A DNA stretch of 64,000 nt from Candidatus Anderseniibacteriota bacterium (lineage in GTDB: Bacteria; Patescibacteriota; Andersenbacteria; UBA10190). The notes under the pieces are model-generated. The model was not told the origin of the DNA. It did no database searches and was given only the letters and a program-made list of their open reading frames with translations. Positions 44,453 to 52,897 of this stretch are shown here, piece by piece (positions within the stretch are counted from its first letter, which is position 1; each line of letters starts with the position of its first letter). Where the stretch lies: positions 64,586 to 128,585 of the forward strand of contig JBBDZC010000003.1 in the NCBI GenBank assembly GCA_040900375.1, read 5' to 3'. Both the position numbers and the translations under genes were made by a program.

Positions 44453-46344
44453 CCAAACCTTTCGTACTCTTGAGTGCCAGTGGGATAGCGCTCGCTCTAG
44501 GGATAATCAATATCCTGGTAGTAACCGGCCTCAAAGACTTCGCTCTCCAGCAAGGAATTCGTGCCGCCAGCGTGACCCTGCTAGGACTGTTAGTAGTCGG
44601 CCTGCTGCCGCGCTGGCGCTATCCGGCAGCCGCCGCGCTCCTAGCGCTTATTATTCCTCTAGCGACCGCCGGCTTCTGGTTTTCCTACGGCCAATGGGGA
44701 ATTTCGGACTGGGACTACTATTTTTCTCTGCATGAGAATATTCGGCGAAGCATCGTTCAGTATCACGTGTTTCCGCTCTGGAATCCCTATACCTGCGGCG
44801 GGACTGCTGGTCTAGCCGACCCAGAGTTTTCTCTTTTTACTCCCACCTTTCTTCTCGAGCTCATTTTTGGCATACCAACCGGCTTCCGCCTGGCAATTTA
44901 CCTCGCTACCATCACCGGCGGCCTGGGCACGCTGATCTTGGCTCGCGCCATGCGCCTGCCGGCAACAGCTGGGTTTCTCGCCGCCTGTATCTTCTCCTTA
45001 AGTAGTGTTAATCTGCTCGAAATTGTCGAGGGGCATCCGAACATTTTTGCCGCCGGTTGGCTCCCCTGGATCTTTTGGAGTTGGCTCAAAGCCTACCAGG
45101 CGCCGGCTAAAACTTTCCTCCGCCAAAGTATACTCTGCGGCCTCTTTCTCGCTCTAACCTTCTTCCAGGGCGGGATTTATCTTCTTATGTACACTAGCTT
45201 GTCCTTTATAATCTTGCCGTTCCTGGTTAAAAGACCAAGACGCGCTATCCTCACTACCTTATACGCCGGACTATGGGCGGTAGGTTTAGCGGCGATTAAA
45301 CTGATCCCGGTCATGCTGTGGCTGCGGGAGTTTCAGGATAGTGTCTATGCCAGTTCAACCTACACCCTGCCCAACCTCCACCACATTCTCCTCGGGCGGT
45401 ATTTACACGGTGCTGAAGTATTACTGAACCAGGGCAGCGGTTGGCACGAATATGGGGCTTACATCGGCTACGGTACGGTAGTTTTGGCCCTCCTGGCGGC
45501 TCTGACTGGCTGGAAGTCACGTCTCGTACGCGGGTTAATTGTGGCGACCGTCCTCGCTCTCGTTATTTCCTCAATCGGGCCGTTCCTCAAACCCGTCTTC
45601 GACCACGCCAGTTTTCTACCGCGTTCTAATATTTCCCGGATCATTATTCTCGGTGTGCTGGCGCTGGCCCTCCTAGCTGGACACGGATTACATTTTCTGA
45701 TTTTCCGCCGTCCCCAAAGAAACTTGCTGCTAGCCCCCGTGATCATTGGCCTGATAGCGGTGGAACTAATGACACTGTCATATCAACTCTCTACCCAGGC
45801 GTTTGTCCTCCCGCCCGCTGCTATTTCCCCTGACCCCGCTCCCTCCCCGATTGCTTTTACTGCTCACCGATACGAAGTTCGCCACAACGGTTCTGATTAC
45901 ACACGCGCCTACGCGGCTACGTTAGCCGGCTACGGGACGCTCTCATATTGTTCGGTCTTATCACCACCCATCGCTGTCCGGACTATCCACGATGAAGAAG
46001 ACAAGGAAATAGTCTCGTTGCAGAAAGCTGCCACCTACACACTGGATCATTGGTCGCCTAATGAAGTCCACGTGAGGGTGACTACCCCCGTGGCGAGTGA
46101 TGTCATCATTAACACTAACTATGCCCGTGGTTGGCAGGTGAATAATCAACCTGCTCAAGAAATCGTCGGTCGGCCGGCAACCAGGGTCGCGCCCGGTACC
46201 CACCGCCTCATTTTTCATTACTCGCCGCCGGGATTGCTCCTCGGTATATTGCTGTCGAGCCTGACGATCATAGCCGCTGCTTACTTCCTAGGGCGATCTC
46301 GGCTACCCTACCGTTTCTTTGCTTCTGCCCATGACAAAGTATAG
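44449..46344 (+). CDS. YfhO-like GT-C membrane protein, tandem paralog of 42161..44452
   Basis: 631 aa. 'FPLWNPYTCGGTAGLADPEF', 'SDWDYYFSLHENIRRSI' and 'GSGWHEYGAYIGYG' are colinear with the upstream paralog. There is a 4 nt ATGA overlap. Confidence 0.65.
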   Translation: MTKPFVLLSASGIALALGIINILVVTGLKDFALQQGIRAASVTLLGLLVVGLLPRWRYPAAAALLALIIPLATAGFWFSYGQWGISDWDYYFSLHENIRRSIVQYHVFPLWNPYTCGGTAGLADPEFSLFTPTFLLELIFGIPTGFRLAIYLATITGGLGTLILARAMRLPATAGFLAACIFSLSSVNLLEIVEGHPNIFAAGWLPWIFWSWLKAYQAPAKTFLRQSILCGLFLALTFFQGGIYLLMYTSLSFIILPFLVKRPRRAILTTLYAGLWAVGLAAIKLIPVMLWLREFQDSVYASSTYTLPNLHHILLGRYLHGAEVLLNQGSGWHEYGAYIGYGTVVLALLAALTGWKSRLVRGLIVATVLALVISSIGPFLKPVFDHASFLPRSNISRIIILGVLALALLAGHGLHFLIFRRPQRNLLLAPVIIGLIAVELMTLSYQLSTQAFVLPPAAISPDPAPSPIAFTAHRYEVRHNGSDYTRAYAATLAGYGTLSYCSVLSPPIAVRTIHDEEDKEIVSLQKAATYTLDHWSPNEVHVRVTTPVASDVIINTNYARGWQVNNQPAQEIVGRPATRVAPGTHRLIFHYSPPGLLLGILLSSLTIIAAAYFLGRSRLPYRFFASAHDKV

Positions 46345-48715
46345 CTTATTGGCAGGAAGCGTTGGCCTGGGATTGTTCGCGTTGCTCTGGCTGCTGTCCG
46401 TCAATCAACAAAACATCGTGACGCGCGGCATTGACGCTTACGAATACCACCGCCCTATCTTTGGCGGCCTCACCCAAGCGCAGGAAATAGTAATTACCCG
46501 TGAGCTGCGAGGGGTTGGTGCTATTCTCGTTAATCTGCGGCGCGCTGACAATATCCCTGATGTCCACGTGTCTATTACTGACATTCATACCCATCAGGAG
46601 TTAGCGACCGCTATAATCCCCAGCGCCAGTATTCAAGATGACCAGTTTACTACAGTCTCTCTGCCATCTCCCCTGGTTCTTGCCCAGCAAAATGTCCGTT
46701 TAACCTTTGCCGCCCGGGCCGCCACGAGCGCTAATCCCGTGGGCATTCGCTTCCATCCCGATGATCCCTATCCTGCGGGTTCTCGAATAGAGAAGGAGAT
46801 GTCCCAGCGTGGCGATCTGGCGCTTCTCCTTCTCGAACGTGTGCCGCTCTGGCGGTATATCGGCACAACAATTTCTAACCACCGCGAGCTTGCGACTATG
46901 CTGGCTGGCGCCACGTTGGTCGCTAGCCTTATTACAGCTCTAGCAAGCCGCTGGGGTTGGCGACGTCAACCCCAGCGGCAGCGCTTGATTGAGCTTGCCT
47001 GCCTCGGACTCTTAGCTCTCACTGGTACTATAGTTCGCTTCTTCCTCATTCCCCAATTCCATGGTGTCAGCGGTGGCGATCCTTATAATTACTTATTCAT
47101 CGCCCAAAAATTAGCTGATCTTGCCAATCCTTTTGAAGGCGTCAAACGACTGCCTGGTTACCCGCTGCTCTTGCTCCCTACGTTAGTCAGCAGCATTGAT
47201 ACCCAGTGGTGGATGCGTGCCTTAAGCGCGCTAGCTGCTGGCGGAAGTATTTTCTTGACCGGGCTACTTGCCCGCCGACTTCATTTCCCCTGGAGTGTCC
47301 AGGTTATAGCCGCTGTGCTACTAATATTCCAAAAAGATTTCCTGTGGACATCGTTGCGTCCTGAACCCTACACCCTGTACACATTTTTATTGTTACTAGC
47401 TCTTGTTTTATTTTTTAATTTACACCACCGCGCGGCCCAGCTAGCGTTTGGCATAACCTTGGGCTACGCGGCCATGACTCGCCAAGAGGGTTTTGTGGCC
47501 GCCGCAATTTTAGGTATCTTCGCCTTAATCTTCTGGCGGCAAATATTTCGTCAAGAGGCTCCGACGGGTACCACCCCCTGGTCGCGCCTGCTACCTCGTC
47601 GCCATGAATTTACATTGCTCCTGCGACAACTGTCCTGGTCATTCCTGCCCGCTCTCGTGGTTGTCTCACCGTTTTTCATTCATAACACTTTAGCCTTCGG
47701 TAATCCTTTCTACACCCCCTATTTCGAAGGTGAGCGGCTACAAATTGTTGACTCATGGCCAGCCTTCCAAGACAGCCTGGGCGCTACCTGGGGAATATTA
47801 AGCTCGCTGTGGCGTCCCTCTTGGGACCAGCTACACCGTATCCCCCTTAACGATCCCTTATTCATCACCGGTTTTATTCTTACCCTCCTATGGTGGGGCG
47901 TACAGCAGGTACCAATCCGCACCAAGCACAATTTTCTTACTCCGCTTGTCAGCGGCCTCTGGTTAGTACTATTGTTTGCCACTCTCTGGGTGGCCATCGT
48001 GCATCGGAGCATTTTTAATCACTTCATTACAACCATAACTGGCGGTATGTTACTTGCCAGTGTTATTCCCTTTATCTATGCTGGCCGATGGCGAGCAGTA
48101 ATAGTGCTAACTGTCGGCTTTGCACAACTACTCGTTGCGCTCTGGTTTCATCCTTTTGCTAAACATTACCAACAAATCTATCCCTTAACTGTTCTCCTCT
48201 TGGCTACTGCCATAGTAGCGCCGCGGCCAAAGCAAGTGTCACTAGCATCAAGTGCAGTTAGTTTAACCAGTAGAGACATAAGAGAAACACTGCTCGCCGC
48301 TACAAGCCGTATCAGCGCCTTAACGCCGCTCGTGCTCGTGATAGTCTTGCTCTTGGCTAGTCTCAAGCCAGAAATTGATGAATACAACCAGGCGACGGCG
48401 CTTGATTGGGTCGTATACCGGGCAGTGCGCCTCGCCGAGCAGCACCCTACTCCCACCGGTTTTGATCAAGCTTATTTACCAGCGCAGTTCACCTTTGGCA
48501 ATCACGCTTTCTACTTCTCCAGTGAAGATGAGCATACGATAGCGCAGGAGCAACAGTGGTTAGAGCAACACAGTATTCGCACGCTCGTAGTAACCAACCA
48601 CACTAAAGCCTTTAGAGAACTTGGCGCAAGTTGGCAACTTATCAAAAGCTTTCGGTCAGAAGGCAAAGATGAGTTTATGTTTGAGAGCCGAGTATACGTG
48701 CGCCCGGCGCCATGA
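46319..48715 (+). CDS. GT-C-like polytopic membrane protein ('GGDPY' subfamily) with N-terminal soluble module
   Basis: 798 aa. An N-terminal TM is followed by the module ('IFGGLTQAQEIVITRELRGVGAILVNLRRADNIPDVHVSITD...') and then the polytopic region with 'QFHGVSGGDPYNYLFIAQKLAD', which is similar to 3326..5425. Confidence 0.55.
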   Translation: MLLPMTKYSLLAGSVGLGLFALLWLLSVNQQNIVTRGIDAYEYHRPIFGGLTQAQEIVITRELRGVGAILVNLRRADNIPDVHVSITDIHTHQELATAIIPSASIQDDQFTTVSLPSPLVLAQQNVRLTFAARAATSANPVGIRFHPDDPYPAGSRIEKEMSQRGDLALLLLERVPLWRYIGTTISNHRELATMLAGATLVASLITALASRWGWRRQPQRQRLIELACLGLLALTGTIVRFFLIPQFHGVSGGDPYNYLFIAQKLADLANPFEGVKRLPGYPLLLLPTLVSSIDTQWWMRALSALAAGGSIFLTGLLARRLHFPWSVQVIAAVLLIFQKDFLWTSLRPEPYTLYTFLLLLALVLFFNLHHRAAQLAFGITLGYAAMTRQEGFVAAAILGIFALIFWRQIFRQEAPTGTTPWSRLLPRRHEFTLLLRQLSWSFLPALVVVSPFFIHNTLAFGNPFYTPYFEGERLQIVDSWPAFQDSLGATWGILSSLWRPSWDQLHRIPLNDPLFITGFILTLLWWGVQQVPIRTKHNFLTPLVSGLWLVLLFATLWVAIVHRSIFNHFITTITGGMLLASVIPFIYAGRWRAVIVLTVGFAQLLVALWFHPFAKHYQQIYPLTVLLLATAIVAPRPKQVSLASSAVSLTSRDIRETLLAATSRISALTPLVLVIVLLLASLKPEIDEYNQATALDWVVYRAVRLAEQHPTPTGFDQAYLPAQFTFGNHAFYFSSEDEHTIAQEQQWLEQHSIRTLVVTNHTKAFRELGASWQLIKSFRSEGKDEFMFESRVYVRPAP

Positions 48716-48753
48716 TAGGATAGGAGCAACATTTTTAACAGTCACTAAAACTT

Positions 48754-49293
48754 ATGGATTACTGGCACGATATTACTGCGGGCAGCAATGTCCCTGACAC
48801 TATCAATGTGGTGGTGGAAATCCCCAAGGGATCGCAAAATAAGTACGAATATGATAAAGACAACAAGATTTTTAAGCTTGACCGCGTCCTCTTCTCACCC
48901 ATTCACTACCCCGGCGATTATGGCCTAATCCCCCAAACGTTAGGGCTCGATAATGATCCGCTGGATGCTTTAGTCCTGGTAAATTACCCCACCTATCCGG
49001 GAACATTGATTGAGGCCCGCCCCATCGGTGTGCTCAAAATGCAAGATAACGGTGAAGAAGACGATAAAATTCTCTGCGTGCCTCTCCATGACATCCGCCT
49101 AACTGACCTGGATGATATGGATAGCATCCACAAAGCTGTTCGGGAAGAGATTGCTCATTTCTTTGAAGTTTATAAACAGCTGGAAGGGAAACGTATTATC
49201 CTGGGTGGCTGGCAACCGGCGGCTGAAGCCAAAAAGATTATCACCGCGGCGGCCGCGCGTTACCAGGAGAAATTCTTACAATCCTCAAACTAG
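48754..49293 (+). CDS. ppa: inorganic pyrophosphatase (family I)
   Basis: 179 aa. 'EIPKGSQNKYEYD', 'DPLDALVL' and 'DDKIL' are signature residues of soluble PPase. Confidence 0.9.
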   Translation: MDYWHDITAGSNVPDTINVVVEIPKGSQNKYEYDKDNKIFKLDRVLFSPIHYPGDYGLIPQTLGLDNDPLDALVLVNYPTYPGTLIEARPIGVLKMQDNGEEDDKILCVPLHDIRLTDLDDMDSIHKAVREEIAHFFEVYKQLEGKRIILGGWQPAAEAKKIITAAAARYQEKFLQSSN

Positions 49294-49326
49294 GGAGTAT
49301 CAGTCGCCGGGCTCTCTATCTTCTAT

Positions 49327-50064
49327 CTACAGCTTCATTTTTTTAAAAATCCGTTCGGGAATCGCCGTAATGACGAGCATGATCCCCCACCAAAACCATG
49401 GCACATAGACCACCTCTCGCCGACTCCCAATTGCCCGATGAATTGCTTTCCCGACCACGTGAGGCTTAACCCATAACAATCCCTTCTTAAATTCCGCCGT
49501 CATGGGGCTGTCGACAAAGCCTGGTTTAATAGTAAGCACATGGACATTGGCTTTCGCTAAACGATTGCGCAAGCCCTGAAGAAATATAGTGAGCGCTCCT
49601 TTAGCCGTGCCATACACATAGTTACTTTGTCGCCCACGATCACCGGCCACCGAAGAAATCACCGCGATTGTCCCTGTTCGGGCTGGCTCAAAATGATTAG
49701 CAACCAGCGTGAGCAAGGAGACAACACTTAAAAAATTAGTGGCCAGTTCCCTTTCTGTTACCTCCCAGCTAGCTTCTGCCATCTTTTGCTTGGGCAACGT
49801 CCCATGAGCAATAAGGACAGTATCTATTCCCCCTAGTTGCTGCTCTGCCTGGCGAATGAGTTCTTTGTGTTCCTCAAAATTATTAAGATCAGCGGTAGCC
49901 GTAGCAACATACTGGGCGCCCCGCACACGTAAATCATTAGCCACTGCCTGCAATCGGTCTGCCGTCCGGTCGACTAGAAAAAAGGCGGCCCCTTCCGCGG
50001 CAAAGAGGCGAGCGGCCGCTGAAGCGATTGCAGAGGCGGCTCCAGTAATCAATATTCTGCGCAT
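49327..50064 (-). CDS. dprE2: decaprenylphospho-2'-keto-ribose reductase-like SDR (DprE2 ortholog)
   Basis: 245 aa. 'IAVISSVAGDRGRQSNYVYGTAKGALTIFLQGL' parallels Mtb DprE2 '[32 protein letters not shown]'. The C-terminus 'VVYVPWFWWGIMLVITAIPERIFKKMKL' parallels '[28 protein letters not shown]'. Confidence 0.75.
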   Translation of the reverse strand: MRRILITGAASAIASAAARLFAAEGAAFFLVDRTADRLQAVANDLRVRGAQYVATATADLNNFEEHKELIRQAEQQLGGIDTVLIAHGTLPKQKMAEASWEVTERELATNFLSVVSLLTLVANHFEPARTGTIAVISSVAGDRGRQSNYVYGTAKGALTIFLQGLRNRLAKANVHVLTIKPGFVDSPMTAEFKKGLLWVKPHVVGKAIHRAIGSRREVVYVPWFWWGIMLVITAIPERIFKKMKL

Positions 50065-50093
50065 GTCTTTAAAACTACCGTAATCGTGACCGT

Positions 50094-51404
50094 CTACTCA
50101 AGCGGCCTTACCCGCCGCCACCAAGAGGAAGAAAAATTGGGGTCGACATGCCGACTAAATTCCTGCCACCGCGGATAGTACGTGCAAAAGCTTTTGGTTG
50201 ACATGCGCGCATCTTTAGCCGGGTAGACCGCCCCACTGGCATTCCCTACTAACTGATCAAATTTTTCCAGAAGCTTAAGAGTTCGTATCCCCCGGAAGGG
50301 AAAATCAAGCGCCAGCACAATCCCCGGTCGCGGAAAAGATAGTAACCCCGGAGAATTACTCTCGCCAAACGTCTTGAGCGAGGCTAAATATGAACTTAAG
50401 CCCTTGGCAGCCATTACTTGCAGCATAGTTTGCATAACCGCGGTGGCCGCCTCATGGGGCACCACACACTGGTACTGCAAAAAGCCGCGTTTGCCATATA
50501 ACCGATTCCAATGCTGCAAGCTATCGAGAGGGAAAAAATAGGGCTGGTAGTGCGCTAAGTATTTCTTTTTGCGTCCTTGACGCTGTTGATAGAGCCAGTT
50601 AAACACCTTGAGGCTGTAGTCGTTGAGGAGCCAGTTTGGCATGATGAGGGGAATACTTATTGCCCTCCCCCGCGCCGCGTGCTTAGCCACTTTGTGCTGG
50701 CTGTGGTTTCCTAGCATTAGGACTCCCCGGCTCCGTACATGTCTGCGCCAAACCACTCCATCAAACTGCCCGATTAGATATTCATGACTATCCTGATACT
50801 CACCTATTAAAGAGAAAAATTCCTCTAGGTTACTAAAAGGAATAGTAGTGACTTCGAGGTAGGGAGTTGGCAAGGGCTTAAGTTGTATCGCCGCCCACGT
50901 GATCAAGCCGGTCAGGCCTAGACCCCCAATTGTCGCCGCAAAGAGAGGCGCATTACTGGTAGGGGCGCAGAGATAGCGTTGGCCATCAGAGCGTAGCAAT
51001 TCAAAGCGGAGAACATGGCCCCCAAAACTACCAGCCCGCCGATGGTTTTTACCATGGATATCATTAGCAATCGCGCCCCCGAGCGTCACAAATTGCGTGC
51101 CCGGTACGACGGGCAAAAACCAGCCGCGGGGCACGAAAGTATCAAGGATATCTTTCAATGTCACTCCCGCTTCCCCACACAACACGCCAGTGGCCTCGTC
51201 AAAAGATATAAAGCGGTCAAGCGATGAAGTATCAAGAAGGTAACCGTTTTCATTTAAGCAACTGTCTCCCTGACTCCTTCCGAGACCATAAGGCAGGAGG
51301 CTTCCCTGCAGCAGGGGGCGCAAATCATTCGGTCGCCAATGTAAGACCCGAGCTTTCTGGTGAGTAGCCACCGGGTATCGGCCCCAGGATTCATGCCGCG
51401 CCAT
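50094..51404 (-). CDS. dprE1: FAD-dependent decaprenylphosphoryl-beta-D-ribose 2'-oxidase-like (DprE1 ortholog)
   Basis: 436 aa. 'GLGRSQGD' is the FAD-binding PCMH motif. 'LPVVPGTQFVTLGGAIANDIHGKNHRRAGSFGGHV' parallels Mtb DprE1 '[35 protein letters not shown]'. 'GFLQYQCVVP' parallels 'GFLQYQFVIP'. Confidence 0.8.
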   Translation of the reverse strand: MARHESWGRYPVATHQKARVLHWRPNDLRPLLQGSLLPYGLGRSQGDSCLNENGYLLDTSSLDRFISFDEATGVLCGEAGVTLKDILDTFVPRGWFLPVVPGTQFVTLGGAIANDIHGKNHRRAGSFGGHVLRFELLRSDGQRYLCAPTSNAPLFAATIGGLGLTGLITWAAIQLKPLPTPYLEVTTIPFSNLEEFFSLIGEYQDSHEYLIGQFDGVVWRRHVRSRGVLMLGNHSQHKVAKHAARGRAISIPLIMPNWLLNDYSLKVFNWLYQQRQGRKKKYLAHYQPYFFPLDSLQHWNRLYGKRGFLQYQCVVPHEAATAVMQTMLQVMAAKGLSSYLASLKTFGESNSPGLLSFPRPGIVLALDFPFRGIRTLKLLEKFDQLVGNASGAVYPAKDARMSTKSFCTYYPRWQEFSRHVDPNFSSSWWRRVRPLE

Positions 51405-52845
51405 AGTAATAACTTGCTCCTAAAACAACCAGCATGGCACAAGCCGCCACGAGGTAACTGACAGTATCGCGCATAGCAAAGATCAAGGGATCATCTTCCA
51501 GTACTCCGCGGTGGGCTAAAAACCATATACGACTAATCCAATAAAGCTGTAGCGGCACTAAAAGCCATAACAAAATCGGCGTTTGGTAGAGAGAATAGAT
51601 TTCCTCGCTGCTGATATAGAGGGCTAAAATAACAGCCGCCAAGTAGCCGCTGGCGATGCCGATTTGTGCCAGAGGGATACTGTCGCTTACAGTATATCCC
51701 CGGCCATGAGCATTGCTGGCTGTCGCCTCGAGGTGCTTGAGTTCGCTAAATCGCTTCACAACTGCCAGGCTCAAAAACAAGAACATACCAAAAGCTGTCA
51801 GCCATGATGAAACCAGCACGAGGGTGGCCGCCGCACCCGCGTACAAGCGGATCGTGTAGAGCACAGCGAGCAGAAAGACATCGACTAAAATAATCTGTTT
51901 CAGTAAAAAAGAATACAATAACGTCAACCCGAGATAGAGTGTCAGCAACCAGACAAACGATGCGGGCAACAAGGTGCTCACACCAAAACTGGCAAGTAGC
52001 AAGAGAGGCACAGCGAAAAATCCTATACTTAAAGACAAGGTCCCCGCGGCAAAGGGGCGGTATCGCTTGCGGTGGTGCCGGCGATCCGCCTCTAAATCCA
52101 GGAGATCATTGAGAATGTAGACACTCGACGAAGCCAGACAAAAAGCGAGAAAGGCCAAGAGTGCATTATAGACTAGCGTAAGCTCTGTTACTTTGTGCGC
52201 CGCCATCAGCGGTACAAAAATAAGGATATTCTTTGGCCACTGGTGCCATCGCAGTGCCTGCAGCCATCTAGTCACACGCTTGCTTCTGTTCCCAAAGATT
52301 GAGGTCACATAGGTGGCCTGCCGGGCTCTGGTAATAAGCCAGGGATTACTGCTCACCACAATTCCCTCACCTGCCTTCGCCCAAACTGCTAAATCAGATG
52401 GGGCATTACCTGCGTAGGCAAATTTCCGCTCGCCAAATTTTTTGACCAAGGCTTGAGCTTTATGGCTTCCTTTAAAATTCAGGGTGGCTGATGAGGCAAC
52501 CACCCCCGTAAAGATCCCGAGGTGTCGCGCCACTTGCTGGGCAACCACGACCGAAGACGCCGTGGTCAGAAAAAGTGGCCGCCGGGTGGCGTGTTGTTGC
52601 CGCAAGTATGTCAATAAATCTGTGTTATAGGGCAAATGCTTAACCGACAACGCTACCCGTGTCGCCACCTGGTGTTTACAGTAGGCCCGACCCTTACAAA
52701 GCCACCATCCAAGGGCACCGAGGTAAAGCGGATTGCGTTTAAGCAAGGCAACAACTAGCTCAATAAAAGTATCAGTCCGGACTAGTGTACCATCCATATC
52801 AACACACAATGGCAGGCCAGCAGCAAAAGAATACTTGGGCTTCAT
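51391..52845 (-). CDS. HAD-phosphatase domain fused to UbiA-family polyprenyl-phosphate phosphoribosyltransferase (Rv3806c-like)
   Basis: Start set at Met 52845 ('MKPKYSFAAGLPLCVDMDGTLV'). The N-terminal ~200 aa carry HAD motifs I 'DMDGT' and IV 'GNAPSD'. The C-terminal ~290 aa are polytopic with the UbiA 'NDLLDLEADRRH' Asp-rich motif. Confidence 0.7.
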   Translation of the reverse strand: MKPKYSFAAGLPLCVDMDGTLVRTDTFIELVVALLKRNPLYLGALGWWLCKGRAYCKHQVATRVALSVKHLPYNTDLLTYLRQQHATRRPLFLTTASSVVVAQQVARHLGIFTGVVASSATLNFKGSHKAQALVKKFGERKFAYAGNAPSDLAVWAKAGEGIVVSSNPWLITRARQATYVTSIFGNRSKRVTRWLQALRWHQWPKNILIFVPLMAAHKVTELTLVYNALLAFLAFCLASSSVYILNDLLDLEADRRHHRKRYRPFAAGTLSLSIGFFAVPLLLLASFGVSTLLPASFVWLLTLYLGLTLLYSFLLKQIILVDVFLLAVLYTIRLYAGAAATLVLVSSWLTAFGMFLFLSLAVVKRFSELKHLEATASNAHGRGYTVSDSIPLAQIGIASGYLAAVILALYISSEEIYSLYQTPILLWLLVPLQLYWISRIWFLAHRGVLEDDPLIFAMRDTVSYLVAACAMLVVLGASYYYGAA

Positions 52846-52897
52846 GTAGGATATAGTTACTCGACCGATCACTATACTCTTAGGGGCTATAGGACCG

